Shown: positions 37,326 to 47,785 of the stretch, one piece after another
How the letters are laid out: each line of letters starts with the position of its first letter
How positions within the stretch are numbered: the first letter of the stretch is position 1
Assembly: GCA_050633305.1 (NCBI GenBank)
Contig: JBOEGF010000015.1
Span: 128,001 to 192,000, forward strand
Direction of reading: 5' to 3'
Length of the DNA: 64,000 bases
Source of the DNA: Nannocystales bacterium
GTDB lineage: Bacteria > Myxococcota_A > Polyangia > Nannocystales > Nannocystaceae
Made by a program: the position numbers and the translations under genes
Notes under the pieces: model-generated
Databases searched by the model: none
Told to the model about the DNA's origin: nothing
The model's input: only the letters and a program-made list of their open reading frames with translations

Positions 37326-38387
37326 TCAGGGATTCAAGAAAATGGCGACGTCCAAGGATGCGTCTTTGTTGTCCGACACGGTCGCGGCCGTATCGGGCAG
37401 CGCAACACCATCCCCCGCGTCAGGGAACAGACCGGCCCCGATGAGATTCCGGTTTCGGTCAAGCACCACGTTCGCGAAGTACGAGCCTGGATGAATTTGC
37501 TCGACCGAGAGCGCCGCGTGGATCGAACCTTCCAAGGCCGTCACATGAATGAATCGACTCGGCACGCAATTCTGGGCGGGATCGACACCGCACGGCGTGG
37601 TGCTGAGTACAACCCAAACATCTCCGGGCTCGGGTAGCGGTGTCGTCCACGAAACGTCGATGCTCAGCGTCGGTAGGGGTGGAAACTCGGCGTCCGGTGC
37701 GACGCTCACGCTCGGAAGATCCGCGACGATCGTAGGCCTGCCTTCGCGGCGCATGGCCATCCACTCGATGTGGCGCATCCCCATGACATCCGCTTCAAGC
37801 CTCAGCGTCTCCACCCCGAACTCGAACGTCGCATCGACGTAGCCGCATCCTCCAAATCGCGCGCAAAACCTCCACGTCATCCGATCCTCGGAAACGTCCT
37901 CGAGCACCGTTCTCGTGTCGCGCAGGATTCCAAGGAACTCGCCGCCGTTGCGAAACACCAGCTCGTCCACACCCTCCGGCGCCTCGCGTTCGAAGCCAAA
38001 GCGCAGCGAGTTGTCCCCGTCGAGATCGACTCTCGAGAAGAGCGTCTCTCCGGCCACTCGGATATCCATGTTCATCGTGGGGAAGTCGCCAGCCGACGTC
38101 GTGGAGCTGACCGGGGCGACCCACAGCCCGGGCAGCCGCGCGAAGAAGTCCTCGAAGGCGGCGGGGTCTTCGTCTTCCTCGGCCGATGTGGTTCCCGTCC
38201 CACTGCTCTCATCCCCGCTTTCCCCGCCCAGCGTCCCGGCCAGCGAGGTGACGCCGGAAGAGCTCGAGCTTTCCAGTGCGGTCTCCCCGGTGGAGGCCGT
38301 CTCCGTTCCTCCGACTCCGTCGGCGCTCGAGCACCCCAGGAGCCATCCGGCCAGGAAAACGAGGCTTCCGAGCTTTCGTGTCACCAT
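37326..38387 (-). CDS. Hypothetical lipoprotein
   Basis: LLGC lipobox, S/T/G linker, beta-rich domains. Confidence 0.7.
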   Translation of the reverse strand: MVTRKLGSLVFLAGWLLGCSSADGVGGTETASTGETALESSSSSGVTSLAGTLGGESGDESSGTGTTSAEEDEDPAAFEDFFARLPGLWVAPVSSTTSAGDFPTMNMDIRVAGETLFSRVDLDGDNSLRFGFEREAPEGVDELVFRNGGEFLGILRDTRTVLEDVSEDRMTWRFCARFGGCGYVDATFEFGVETLRLEADVMGMRHIEWMAMRREGRPTIVADLPSVSVAPDAEFPPLPTLSIDVSWTTPLPEPGDVWVVLSTTPCGVDPAQNCVPSRFIHVTALEGSIHAALSVEQIHPGSYFANVVLDRNRNLIGAGLFPDAGDGVALPDTAATVSDNKDASLDVAIFLNP

Positions 38388-38518
38388 GTGCCGCTTGAGT
38401 GGCCAAGAACCGCCCGGACTCGTGAATGGCGGAACGTGCTCCTTCTCACTACCTTGATGGCCCCTCGCACGGTGCCACGCATGGCTCCGACTGGCTCTTC
38501 GCCGCATTCTCGGCTCCC

Positions 38519-39673
38519 ATGCAGCTTGAGCGCATCGGTCTTCGGGACTACCGGAACTTTGAGAGCGCCAGCATCGATTTTGCCGAGCGGTTCACCATTC
38601 TGCACGGCCACAACGGTGCGGGAAAGACCGCGGTCCTCGAGGCCATCTATCTGCTCAACACCCTCCGCTCGTTTCGCAGCTCCGACATGGGCCCGCTCGT
38701 TCGAACGGGCACAGGAGCAGCGTTGGTCGAGGCCACCGTTCAGGATCCTGTAGCCGGGTTGCCCTCGAAGCTCGAGGTTCGGTTGGAGCGCCGAGAAAAG
38801 TCGACCCGCCGCACCGCGAGCGCCGACGGGAAGGTCGTTCGCTCGGGGGCTCAGTTCTACGGACGCGTTCGGTCCATTCTCTTTACGCCCGAAGACTTGG
38901 CCGTGTTGCGCGGGGGGCCTTCGGGGCGGCGGCAGTTTCTCGACCGGATGGTGTTCGCCCGCGACAAGGGGCACATCGCCGACATCCAGGCCTACGAAAA
39001 ACTCGTCCGCTCGCGAAATCAGGTCCTCAAGCGAGACGACCTCAGTGGAACTGCTCGCAACGATCTCCTCGACACTTACGAGACCGGTCTCTCCGAAGTT
39101 GGTGCGCGTGTTTGGACCCGACGCGCCAACATGGTCGAGTCGCTCTCGGCTCCCTTCGCCGCCGCCTTCGGTGGCATCCATGGCTCCATTGGCTCGACAC
39201 CTGGCGGCGGCCAAGCCATGCACGCCTCGGCGCACTACATCTCCAAGGTCGACGCCGAGCCGGACGCGCGCGAGGCTGGACTGCGGGCCGCGCTGCTGGA
39301 CCGGCGCGGCGAAGACCTCCGCCGCCGCGTCACCACCGTAGGGCCTCATCGCGATGACCTCGACGTTCGTCTCGACGACAACGCCGCTGCCGACTTCGCA
39401 TCGCAAGGCCAGGCTCGTGCGCTGGTCCTCGCTTTCAAACTCGCCGAGCTCCGAGCTGCCCGAGAGACCTCCGGCCAACCCCCCTTGCTTCTGCTCGACG
39501 ACGTTTCCAGCGAGCTCGACCCAACCCGAACCGCGATGCTCTTCGAGACTCTCGCCTCCGACGCCGGTCAATGCGTCATGACCACGACGGACGCAGCCTT
39601 CATCCGCCTCCCCGAGGGCTCGAAGCCCGCCACCTGGCGCATCGACCGAGGCACCGCCACCCTCGAACACTAG
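38519..39673 (+). CDS. recF: DNA replication/repair protein RecF
   Basis: YRNF, GHNGAGKT, GPHRDDL, ASQGQ, LLLDDVSSELD. Confidence 0.96.
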   Translation: MQLERIGLRDYRNFESASIDFAERFTILHGHNGAGKTAVLEAIYLLNTLRSFRSSDMGPLVRTGTGAALVEATVQDPVAGLPSKLEVRLERREKSTRRTASADGKVVRSGAQFYGRVRSILFTPEDLAVLRGGPSGRRQFLDRMVFARDKGHIADIQAYEKLVRSRNQVLKRDDLSGTARNDLLDTYETGLSEVGARVWTRRANMVESLSAPFAAAFGGIHGSIGSTPGGGQAMHASAHYISKVDAEPDAREAGLRAALLDRRGEDLRRRVTTVGPHRDDLDVRLDDNAAADFASQGQARALVLAFKLAELRAARETSGQPPLLLLDDVSSELDPTRTAMLFETLASDAGQCVMTTTDAAFIRLPEGSKPATWRIDRGTATLEH

Positions 39674-39811
39674 GGGGCGTCCCCTCGGCTGTCCGTTCGT
39701 CGGTCAGCGGCCCCTGCCTCGTTGCAGATACCGCCCAAGCGATTGGGACAGCCGCCCCATCCGTTCCGATAGTGCGAAACGAATGGTGGCTGCCGCCGCG
39801 AAGCGGCGTGG

Positions 39812-40198
39812 TTACAGGACTGGGACGGTGACCGTCACGTCGACGCAGTCTTCGAGACGTCCATCGACCACGACGTCCATGCAGGCTTGGCCGGGGGCGA
39901 TGCCGACGATGACGAACTCTTCGTCATCGGGTCGGGGGTAGACTTCGAAGACGTTCTTGTCGGAGGAGAAGAGTTCGAGCTCTCCGTTGCCTGGGTAGCG
40001 TTCCCGAGTCTCGCTTCGAATGCTGGCCTGCACGACGACGGCCGTTCCTGCGGGGAGTTCGACACGGTTGCCACGGACGGTGACCGGCGCAGGTGGGTTG
40101 CTCTGGGTGGTGAGCGAGATCGAGTCGTAGGAGGGTTGGCATGCCAGGGTGCCCAACGCGAGCGCGGCTACGAGAAACTGTTGTGCTGCGGACTTCAT
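39812..40198 (-). CDS. Small Ig-like lipoprotein, paralog of 45881..46252
   Basis: LAC lipobox; CMDVVVDGRLEDC. Confidence 0.7.
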   Translation of the reverse strand: MKSAAQQFLVAALALGTLACQPSYDSISLTTQSNPPAPVTVRGNRVELPAGTAVVVQASIRSETRERYPGNGELELFSSDKNVFEVYPRPDDEEFVIVGIAPGQACMDVVVDGRLEDCVDVTVTVPVL

Positions 40199-41031
40199 GC
40201 TCCCGTGCTCCCGTCGGTATCGGTGTCAGAGTCTGTATCGGTATCCGTGCCGGTCTCGGCACCCGAGTCGCTACCGCCATCGGTGTCGGTCCCTGAGTCG
40301 GTGTCGGTCTCTGGGTCGGGCTCTGTGGTCGGACCGTCGACGGTGACCTCGACCATGACTTCTTGGGTGAAGCCGCCGGCCTCGATGACGAGTGTGGTGA
40401 CGCCTTCGGAGAGGGCCTCGATGGTGACGTCGAAGTCCTCATCGATGGTCACGACTTCGGCAATCTCGGGGGCCGCGGTCGACCAGGCGTAGTCGAGCGA
40501 CCCTGCCAGGGTCGAGCGGAGCCGGTCTTGCGGAACCGCGAAGACGGTGATCGATTCGCCCAGGGCAAGCTCGATGGTGTCGAGGTCTTGGCTGTCCATC
40601 GTTCGCACGGAGATGCGCTCGATGTCAGCGGCGAGGATGTGTTGGAGGTCGATCACCTCGCTCTCATTCGAGACCGCAAGGAACACTTGATGGCCGGCTT
40701 GCTCGATACTGAACGCGCCGAGCTCCTCCCGGACCAGGGTCTGGTTGGGCGCTTCGATTCGGAGCCCAACGCCATCGTTGAAGATCGTATCGTTGGGGTT
40801 GAAATCGAGCGCGAAGCGCCCGCCGACGGCGATCCTCTCGGGGAACGTTTCAGCGACGCTCCCCTGGGCACACAGAGGGTCCGCGTCGCCGACGCAGACG
40901 TAGAGGAAGTCGCCGGCTCCAAGTTCACCAGGTCGCGAGGGTCGGTCGTCGGCGTCCTGGTCGATGACGCAGCCAGAGGCGGCCAGCGCGGTGATGGCAG
41001 TGATAAGTCCCAAAGTCAGTCGCATGGTCAA
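40195..41031 (-). CDS. Ig-like lipoprotein with DT tail, paralog of 45027..45884
   Basis: ASGC lipobox; FPERIAVGG; LAGSLDYAWST. Confidence 0.75.
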   Translation of the reverse strand: MTMRLTLGLITAITALAASGCVIDQDADDRPSRPGELGAGDFLYVCVGDADPLCAQGSVAETFPERIAVGGRFALDFNPNDTIFNDGVGLRIEAPNQTLVREELGAFSIEQAGHQVFLAVSNESEVIDLQHILAADIERISVRTMDSQDLDTIELALGESITVFAVPQDRLRSTLAGSLDYAWSTAAPEIAEVVTIDEDFDVTIEALSEGVTTLVIEAGGFTQEVMVEVTVDGPTTEPDPETDTDSGTDTDGGSDSGAETGTDTDTDSDTDTDGSTGA

Positions 41032-41212
41032 GTCTCCAATCTGGGAAGGGCCGGGCCCTCCCTGTCGATGTGTGACCGGAAGCCAATTCGATCCGTGAAC
41101 GCCGTGGAAAAAAACGACAAACGACCCAATCCGGGAGCGTAGCGGTGGTCACGCGATCAACGCTTCCGCGGATCTGGGGACAGAACGGAGGGGGCAGCGT
41201 CACTACCCGTCG

Positions 41213-42361
41213 ATGCGCCGAAGTGGATTCCGCTGTCTGATGGTCCTTGTCCTTGCCCCGACCGCCTGCGACGACGGGTCTGCGGGGGCGGAGACCGAGA
41301 TGGTGGGTTCGACCAGTGGCGAATCGGGCGCGTCTTCGAGCTCGAGCGCTCCCTCAACCTCCGGAAGCTCGGCTGCGACATCGATGCCGGGCGGCTCGGA
41401 CTCCACGACCGGAATGGGTCCGAGTGGGACGAGCGAGGGTGCAACAACAGCGGAGGAGTCGTCGGGCTCAACGGACGGCGGGTCGACGGGCGAGGTGGAG
41501 CTGGGCGAGCCGGTCTGGATGGTGGTGGGAAACTGGGGCTACCGCTCTTGGACTCGCGACGGACTCAGCTGGGATGTGGAGGCCAACCCGACTCAGGACA
41601 CGGACCACACGCCGGATCTCTTGCGGGCAGTGGGATGGGGGAACGGGTACTTCATCGCGGTTGGGGGCGATGCGAACTCGATGGTCATGCGCTCGGTCGA
41701 CGGTGAGGTCTGGGAGGAGGACCTTCATCCATCGGGCGGACAATGGAAAGGCGGCGTCGCGTATGGCGACGGGCGCTGGATCGCGGTCGGGGGCGTTGGC
41801 ACGGTGATCCGCTCCGACGACGACGGGTCGACGTGGGTGGACCATGAAGAGCGTCTGCCTTCGGCGGGACGGTTTGTGACCCACGCCGATGGAACGTTCG
41901 TGGCGATCGGGGACAACGGCATGATCGCGATCTCGGAAGATGGTGAGTCGTGGACCGACCGGACCCAAGCAGGTGCACAGCTCGGGTCCGCGGCCTTCGG
42001 ATCCGGGACCTGGGTCGCGGCGGGTCGGCGTTGGAACGGAAGTGGATTTGACGCCTCCTGCTTCGTCTCGACAGATACAGAGACCTGGACGCCCTGTCCA
42101 TTCGGCGGCGAGTACGTCGGTGCCTTCTTCGCCGATGATCGGTTGTTCGTTGCGCTAGATTCTGGCTACGCGGTGACCGAAGACGGCGAGAGTTGGACGG
42201 TCATGGACCAGAGCATCCCGAGCGCGCTCGCCTTCGCTGATGGAGTCTGGGTTGGCGCCAATGGGGGCCGGCGCTATCGCGGAGCCTCCCTCGACGCGTT
42301 GGAAGAAGTGCTCTCGGACGAATCCGGAATCCGAAGTTTTGCGATGGGCTACGCGCCGTAG
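41213..42361 (+). CDS. Beta-propeller (BNR-like) lipoprotein
   Basis: Repeated S-x-DG-x-x-W and G-x-x-IAVG motifs. Confidence 0.75.
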   Translation: MRRSGFRCLMVLVLAPTACDDGSAGAETEMVGSTSGESGASSSSSAPSTSGSSAATSMPGGSDSTTGMGPSGTSEGATTAEESSGSTDGGSTGEVELGEPVWMVVGNWGYRSWTRDGLSWDVEANPTQDTDHTPDLLRAVGWGNGYFIAVGGDANSMVMRSVDGEVWEEDLHPSGGQWKGGVAYGDGRWIAVGGVGTVIRSDDDGSTWVDHEERLPSAGRFVTHADGTFVAIGDNGMIAISEDGESWTDRTQAGAQLGSAAFGSGTWVAAGRRWNGSGFDASCFVSTDTETWTPCPFGGEYVGAFFADDRLFVALDSGYAVTEDGESWTVMDQSIPSALAFADGVWVGANGGRRYRGASLDALEEVLSDESGIRSFAMGYAP

Positions 42362-42368
42362 ACCTCGT

Positions 42369-43151
42369 CTACGGCGCGAACTTGTGGGCCATGCGTCGAA
42401 GAAGGCCCGGCAGCAGTCGCGACAAATGAATGGCCGCCAGTTCTTTGCCGCCCACGTGGACCTCGGCTTTGTTGCGCACGATCGCCTGCACGATGACCTC
42501 GGCGCAGCGCTCCGGAGGAAGCCCGTTGTCGACGGGATCAGGCCGGCCGCCATCACGTTGCTCGGATCCGATCGCCGCGCGGCTGATCCCGGTTCGAATG
42601 TAGCCGGGCACCACGACGGACACGCCGACGCCTGTCCCGTGAAGCTCGGCCCGAAGGGCGTCGAACCACCCGCGAACCGCAAACTTCGACGCGTTGTATG
42701 TGGAGCGCTGCGGTGTCGAGACATAGCCAGCGACACTGCTGACGATCACGATGTGACCTCGACGGCGTTCGACCATGCTTGGGGCGACGAACTTGGTCAA
42801 CGCGACCGGGACCATGAAGTTCAGCTCCATCAGGCCCCGGACCTCGTCCATGTTGGTGTCGAGCGCGGCGGCCCGCTGTGATCGACCGGCGTTGTTCACC
42901 AAGACGTCGATAGGCCCGAACGCTTCGCACGCCCGTTCGTGCAGCGAGGCCAAGGCGTCGGGCTCCATCAAGTCGGCTGGCACGGCGGCGACGTTCTTGG
43001 CTCCGAACTCCGCAACGAGAGCTTGCAGGGGCGCGGGCCGACGCGCGGTCACGACGACGCGTGCACCGAGCTTGACGAGCGGGGCCACCAAGGCGTGACC
43101 GATGCCGTCCGAAGCTCCCGTCACCCAGACCACTGCATCGCGAAGTTCCAT
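42369..43151 (-). CDS. Short-chain dehydrogenase/reductase
   Basis: TGASDGIG, NNAG, YNASK. Confidence 0.92.
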   Translation of the reverse strand: MELRDAVVWVTGASDGIGHALVAPLVKLGARVVVTARRPAPLQALVAEFGAKNVAAVPADLMEPDALASLHERACEAFGPIDVLVNNAGRSQRAAALDTNMDEVRGLMELNFMVPVALTKFVAPSMVERRRGHIVIVSSVAGYVSTPQRSTYNASKFAVRGWFDALRAELHGTGVGVSVVVPGYIRTGISRAAIGSEQRDGGRPDPVDNGLPPERCAEVIVQAIVRNKAEVHVGGKELAAIHLSRLLPGLLRRMAHKFAP

Positions 43152-43208
43152 GAGACTGAGATGCCGCAGAGGCTTCGGTTCGTCAATGCAACCGTGCAAG
43201 AGTAGGGG

Positions 43209-43700
43209 GTGCACATCGAGGTCCTCGAGGAAGACCAGTGGCAGCGTCTGCGCGCGGTTCGACTCGCCTCGCTGCTCGACGCCCCTCAAGCCTTTGGGTC
43301 GAAACACGAGGAGGTTGTGCGTTGGGTGGAGCCGATGTGGCGCGAGCAATTGCGCCGCATCCGGACGTTCGTCGCTGTGCAGGGGGAGCAGGATGTGGGT
43401 GTGGTCCGAGGCATCGAGCACGCCGACTTCGCGGATGCAGCGTATCTGGTGTCGATGTGGGTGCATCCGGCCGCGCGGCGGCAGGGCGTGGGTGCAGCCC
43501 TGATCGGCCGGGTCGTCGAATGGACCGCTGGCTCGGGTCGGACGCGCTTGTTCCTCGACGTGCGCACGGACAACACAGCGGCCGAGCGGCTGTACCGGGC
43601 GCAAGGATTCACCCCCACGGGCGAGCGCGCCCAGGTTGAGGAGTTCACGGAGCTGCAGTTTGTTCGGCAGTGGGTGTCCGGTTCGCCCTCGGATTCGTGA
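43209..43700 (+). CDS. GNAT acetyltransferase
   Basis: SMWVHPAARRQGVG, N..A..LY...GF. Confidence 0.9.
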   Translation: MHIEVLEEDQWQRLRAVRLASLLDAPQAFGSKHEEVVRWVEPMWREQLRRIRTFVAVQGEQDVGVVRGIEHADFADAAYLVSMWVHPAARRQGVGAALIGRVVEWTAGSGRTRLFLDVRTDNTAAERLYRAQGFTPTGERAQVEEFTELQFVRQWVSGSPSDS

Positions 43701-43815
43701 AACGAGTTTTCCGACACCTTGGGTTTTTTCTTGCGATGCTCTCGCTTGGCTCCGGAGCTCCGGGCGGCCCAACCGTCGTGCATCCGCCAGCCGAAACCCG
43801 CGACTACCCCTGCAT

Positions 43816-44988
43816 ATGAGCTTAGCTTTGAAGATGCTGCTGGCGATGTCGATGGGGACAGCGCCCGCTCCGGAAGAACCGGAGTCGCCCGACGCCGAGT
43901 CCGGGCTTGCTCCTGCTCCGCCCACGCCGCCTCCAATGACCACGCCCGTGGCCGGTCCCGCTCGAGACGACGAAGCGTCTGCGGTGAACCTGGTGTGGGA
44001 CGCGCCAGCGGACGAGTGCAGCGACGCTGCGGCGATGCAGGCGCGGCTCGACGAGGCCATGACGTTGGAGCTCTCCGACGACGTGGCGACCCGCAAGCGG
44101 TGGGTGATCGCTCGGGTCCGGAAGACCGGCGAGGAGTGGACGCTGCGGCTTTGGGTGGCGCCCGAGGGGGGGTTGTCCGAACGGGCCCTCTCGGAGAGTT
44201 CATGTGCGGAGCTCGAGCGCGCGACACTGACGATCGTCGCGATGTTGATGCCGCCGGTGACTCTGGATCCCAATCCAAAGTCGCCGCCGAAGCCGGAGGA
44301 CATGAAGCCCCCCGTAGCGACGGAACAGTTGGGCGACGAAGAGTTGGACGCGTTGATCGGAGACGCGCCTGCGGATGAGAAGCCGCCCCCAGATCCAGGG
44401 GGTCCGGACATGGAAGCCCCGAGCGCATCGAAGCTTCGCGCGGCCATTGGGTTCGCGGGAGGGGTTGGATCGGGAACAATGCCCGCGACCGCAGGCGGAC
44501 TCGAGGTGACCGGTGCTCTGTTGTTTCGCGGGGGTCGCATCGAGGCGGTGGGGAACTTCTGGGGCACCCGGAACATCGGACTGGACGCCGCTGAGAATGC
44601 TCGCGCTCGGTACAACCTGTTGTCCGCGGCATTCCGCGGTTGCGGGGCTCCAAGGGTCGGACCGGTTGAGCTCACGGTCTGTGGTGGCGTCGAGGGCGGG
44701 AGCATCTTGGCGAACGTCGACGGCGCCACGCTTCTGCATGGCCCCGGGCAGCCTTTCGTCCTGATGCAGCTGACCACCGGCGCGAACGTCGTGCTGGCGC
44801 CGTCGGTGGCACTCACGTTCGACATGCAGGGTTGGCTCTCGCCGATACGAGCCAGGCACCAGGCCTTGGACACAACGCTGTCGACCGGTTCTCTCTTCGG
44901 TTACCGGTTCTTGGCAGGCGCCGAGTTTCGGTTTGGCTTTCGGCGAAAAGCGCGCGCTTTCGAGCGAAAGAAAGGAGCTCAGCCGTGA
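43816..44988 (+). CDS. Exported protein with a C-terminal outer-membrane beta-barrel-like domain
   Basis: Signal-like start, Pro-rich linkers, amphipathic strands ending GAEFRF. Confidence 0.6.
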   Translation: MSLALKMLLAMSMGTAPAPEEPESPDAESGLAPAPPTPPPMTTPVAGPARDDEASAVNLVWDAPADECSDAAAMQARLDEAMTLELSDDVATRKRWVIARVRKTGEEWTLRLWVAPEGGLSERALSESSCAELERATLTIVAMLMPPVTLDPNPKSPPKPEDMKPPVATEQLGDEELDALIGDAPADEKPPPDPGGPDMEAPSASKLRAAIGFAGGVGSGTMPATAGGLEVTGALLFRGGRIEAVGNFWGTRNIGLDAAENARARYNLLSAAFRGCGAPRVGPVELTVCGGVEGGSILANVDGATLLHGPGQPFVLMQLTTGANVVLAPSVALTFDMQGWLSPIRARHQALDTTLSTGSLFGYRFLAGAEFRFGFRRKARAFERKKGAQP

Positions 44989-45026
44989 ATCACGAAACGA
45001 GGGCCGTGCCGGACACCTATCGATGT

Positions 45027-45884
45027 ATGGGCGGGAAACTCCGATCTGCGGCGCTGTGGCTCCTGGTGGTGCCACTGACCGCGTGTGATCCGTCCACAGA
45101 GCCGCTGCCCGACCCGACGATGGACGGGGAGCTCATGCGTGGCGATTTTGAGTATCGCTGTGCTGGAAGCAACGACGCGTTCTGTGTCGACTTCGTTGCG
45201 CAGCGGTTCCCTCAACGGTTCGCCGTCGGGGGCAACTTCGAGGTTGGCTTCAACCCCACGATCAGCGTCGTCGCCACCCCGGGGGTTCAGACCTCTGCGC
45301 CGTCGCTGCTCGAGCCCACGTCGACCGGGGTGATCGCGAGCTTTCGTTTCGCCAGACCTGGCACCGCCGCCCTGCTCGCCATCGTCAACGAGGAAGAGAT
45401 CGTCGACTATCTGCACGTCACCGCAGAGCGAGTGCTTGCGTACGACTTCAGCGATGACACGGGGGCCACCGGGGTGACCGAGGTCGTCATGCTCCCCGGT
45501 GAGTCGCGTCGCATCACTGTTGAACCGCGCGGAGAGCTTGGCCAAGTGCTCGCGGGTACCTTGGAGTACGCGTGGTCAACCGATGAGCCTGGCGTCGCTC
45601 GGACCACGAGCGACACGCAAGCTCGAACCGTTCAGATCCAGGCGGTGGAGGTCGGTCGTACCCGGTTGTTGGTCGAGGGCGGCGAGGTGACTGGGAGTGT
45701 CGAGGTGATCGTCCAGCTCGAGGACGCAACGACCACGGATACGGATACGGATACGGATACGGATACCGATACCGATACCGACGCAGGTACGACGACGACC
45801 TCGGACACGGACACCACGACCTCGGACACGGACACGACCTCGGACACCGAGGACGGCACGACCAGCAGCGGAGGCGCACGGTGA
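45027..45884 (+). CDS. Ig-like lipoprotein with TD-repeat tail
   Basis: LTAC lipobox; FPQRFAVGG; LAGTLEYAWST; AC(G/C)GAT hexamer run. Confidence 0.75.
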   Translation: MGGKLRSAALWLLVVPLTACDPSTEPLPDPTMDGELMRGDFEYRCAGSNDAFCVDFVAQRFPQRFAVGGNFEVGFNPTISVVATPGVQTSAPSLLEPTSTGVIASFRFARPGTAALLAIVNEEEIVDYLHVTAERVLAYDFSDDTGATGVTEVVMLPGESRRITVEPRGELGQVLAGTLEYAWSTDEPGVARTTSDTQARTVQIQAVEVGRTRLLVEGGEVTGSVEVIVQLEDATTTDTDTDTDTDTDTDTDAGTTTTSDTDTTTSDTDTTSDTEDGTTSSGGAR

Positions 45885-46252
45885 AACGCGTGGGCGCTGT
45901 ACTTGCTCTCCTGCTCGCCGCGTGTGCGCCTGACTACGGCGGCCTCGCGATCGAGATCGAAGGTGTCGCGCTCGCTGGCGACTACGTGCAGTCACGGCGT
46001 ATCAACCTCGTGCTCGGACATGTGATTCGCGTGCACGCGCGACCGCGCAGTCTGACCTCGCAGGTCTACGAAGATCCGGGCCGCTTCGAGCTGGTCTCAG
46101 CATCCCCGGACATTGCACGCGTCTATCGAGATCCGGAGGACTGGCGTTGGGTCCTCGTGGGCCGTGGGGGCGGGAGCACCTGCATCGAGGTTCGCATCGA
46201 CGGCAAGCGTGAAGAGTGCCTCGAGATCCAGGTTCAAGCGGAGGCGGGATGA
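45881..46252 (+). CDS. Small Ig-like lipoprotein
   Basis: LAAC lipobox; CIEVRIDGKREEC. Confidence 0.7.
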   Translation: MKRVGAVLALLLAACAPDYGGLAIEIEGVALAGDYVQSRRINLVLGHVIRVHARPRSLTSQVYEDPGRFELVSASPDIARVYRDPEDWRWVLVGRGGGSTCIEVRIDGKREECLEIQVQAEAG

Positions 46253-46782
46253 GTGCGGCCCAAGCGGTTGGGGCCGAACTGAGCTTCGAGACGCTGTATC
46301 GCGAGAACTTCGAGTTCGTCGTGCGCAGTGCTCGACGACTGGGCGTGCAGCCCGCTTGGATCGATGATGTCGCTCAAGAGGTGTTCGTGGTGGCGTCGCG
46401 CAAGCTCGCCGACTTCGAGGGCCGCTCGAAGGTTCGCACGTGGCTATTCTCCATCACCATTCGGGTGGTCCAGGGCCACCGCCGCTGGTCTCGCCGACAC
46501 GATCGTCGCAAGGATGCTCTCGCCCGCGAGCCGAGCCGCGTTGACGACCCGTATCCCCGCGCCCGTGCAGCCAACACGTTGGTGACGCTGCTTCAAAATC
46601 TCCCGGAGAAGTACCAGACCGTGTTCATCCTTGGAGAACTCGAGGGCATGACCTCAGCCGAGATAGCGGCGGGCCTCGGGCTCAACCCCAACACCACCTA
46701 CTCACGCCTGCGCGAGGCAAGAAAACAGATGGCCGAAGCCGTCGCAAGACATCGCGCAACCGAAGGGAGCCTCAGCGCATGA
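46249..46782 (+). CDS. ECF sigma factor
   Basis: DDVAQEVF, FEGRSKVRTWLF, TYSRLREAR. Confidence 0.92.
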   Translation: MSAAQAVGAELSFETLYRENFEFVVRSARRLGVQPAWIDDVAQEVFVVASRKLADFEGRSKVRTWLFSITIRVVQGHRRWSRRHDRRKDALAREPSRVDDPYPRARAANTLVTLLQNLPEKYQTVFILGELEGMTSAEIAAGLGLNPNTTYSRLREARKQMAEAVARHRATEGSLSA

Positions 46783-47450
46783 CCGCAACGATCGAAGACG
46801 AGCTCGCGTCGCTCCTGGATGCCGAACGTGGTCGGCCACAGGCGGGACTCGAGGCTGCGGACCGGGTGTGGTCCGGCGTGCAAGGGCGCCTCGACGGAGC
46901 CCCTGCGCCGGCCAGCGTTCCTGCCGGATCCGGCTCGGGCCCGTTGTTCGTCGTGGCGGGAGCGGTGGTCGTGGCGGGTTTGCTGGCGGCAGGTTGGGGC
47001 CTGACGCGATCGGAAGCAGCCCCGCATTTCGCTGAGATTCCTCCGGCTCCGTCGCTGAAGGTTGCGGTCCCGGGCCCCGCGGCACCGAAGCTTCACGCCG
47101 AGCTGCCGCGCGAGGCAGGCGTCACGGCCGTACCCGTTTCGATTGAGGAGCCCGCGCCTCAAACCGCGGCGCCGCGCAAGAACCAGGGAAGCGTCGCCGA
47201 CGAGCTCGCGCTGATCGAGCGCGCCCGCGCTTCCGTCGACCGGGGCCAAGCGAAGGCGGCTCTTGGTGTCCTCAAGACCCACCGCCGCAAGTTCCCCAAG
47301 GGCGCGTTCTTGGAGGAGGCGGCGGCACTCCGCGCTTCGGCGTTGTGCAAGAGCGGCCGGGTTGACGCTGCAGCGAAGGCCTCGGCCGCGTTCCTTCGGC
47401 GATACCCCAAGTCGGTTCACGCAAGCCGGGTCCGTAGCTGCGCCGAGTAA
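46779..47450 (+). CDS. Putative anti-sigma factor (TM plus TPR-like C-terminus)
   Basis: Coupled to the sigma gene; ELALIERAR...FPKG...YPKS. Confidence 0.7.
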   Translation: MTATIEDELASLLDAERGRPQAGLEAADRVWSGVQGRLDGAPAPASVPAGSGSGPLFVVAGAVVVAGLLAAGWGLTRSEAAPHFAEIPPAPSLKVAVPGPAAPKLHAELPREAGVTAVPVSIEEPAPQTAAPRKNQGSVADELALIERARASVDRGQAKAALGVLKTHRRKFPKGAFLEEAAALRASALCKSGRVDAAAKASAAFLRRYPKSVHASRVRSCAE

Positions 47451-47717
47451 GGGTTCTTTCGACCTCTGGAGCCCCTCGGGGGGCTGGGCTTCCCGGGGAC
47501 CGTGCACCGGATGGTCTCCCTCAATCCCACCGTTGTGCACATGAAGTCGCACGTCTCGATACTTCCACCGCCGCCGTTTCTGGTCCTGACGCTGCTGTGT
47601 GGGGGTGTCGGCTGGCGGAGGTCCTCCAGGTTCCGCGAGGCCGCAGATCGCTTTTTGGAGGCCTCGCAGGGCATTTTAGGACCCGCGGAGCGCAACGCAG
47701 ACCCGAGCGGTTCATGT

Positions 47718-47785
47718 CCCTGCGGGTCCGCCTGCCCGCAGGGGTCCGGCCCAAGCCCTGCGGGTCGTCTGCTTGCCGCAGGGGG
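47718..47785. repeat. Pair of REP-like palindromes
   Basis: CCCTGCGGGTC-N-CCGCAGGGG twice. Confidence 0.6.

Noticed and set aside
43152..44873. 834-aa SDR fusion
   Set aside because: The upstream part is antisense to the GNAT and barrel-like genes; the SDR starts at 43151.
45730..45860. Hexamer microsatellite as a phase-variation switch
   Set aside because: In-frame repeat encoding a TD linker; length changes would not shift the frame.
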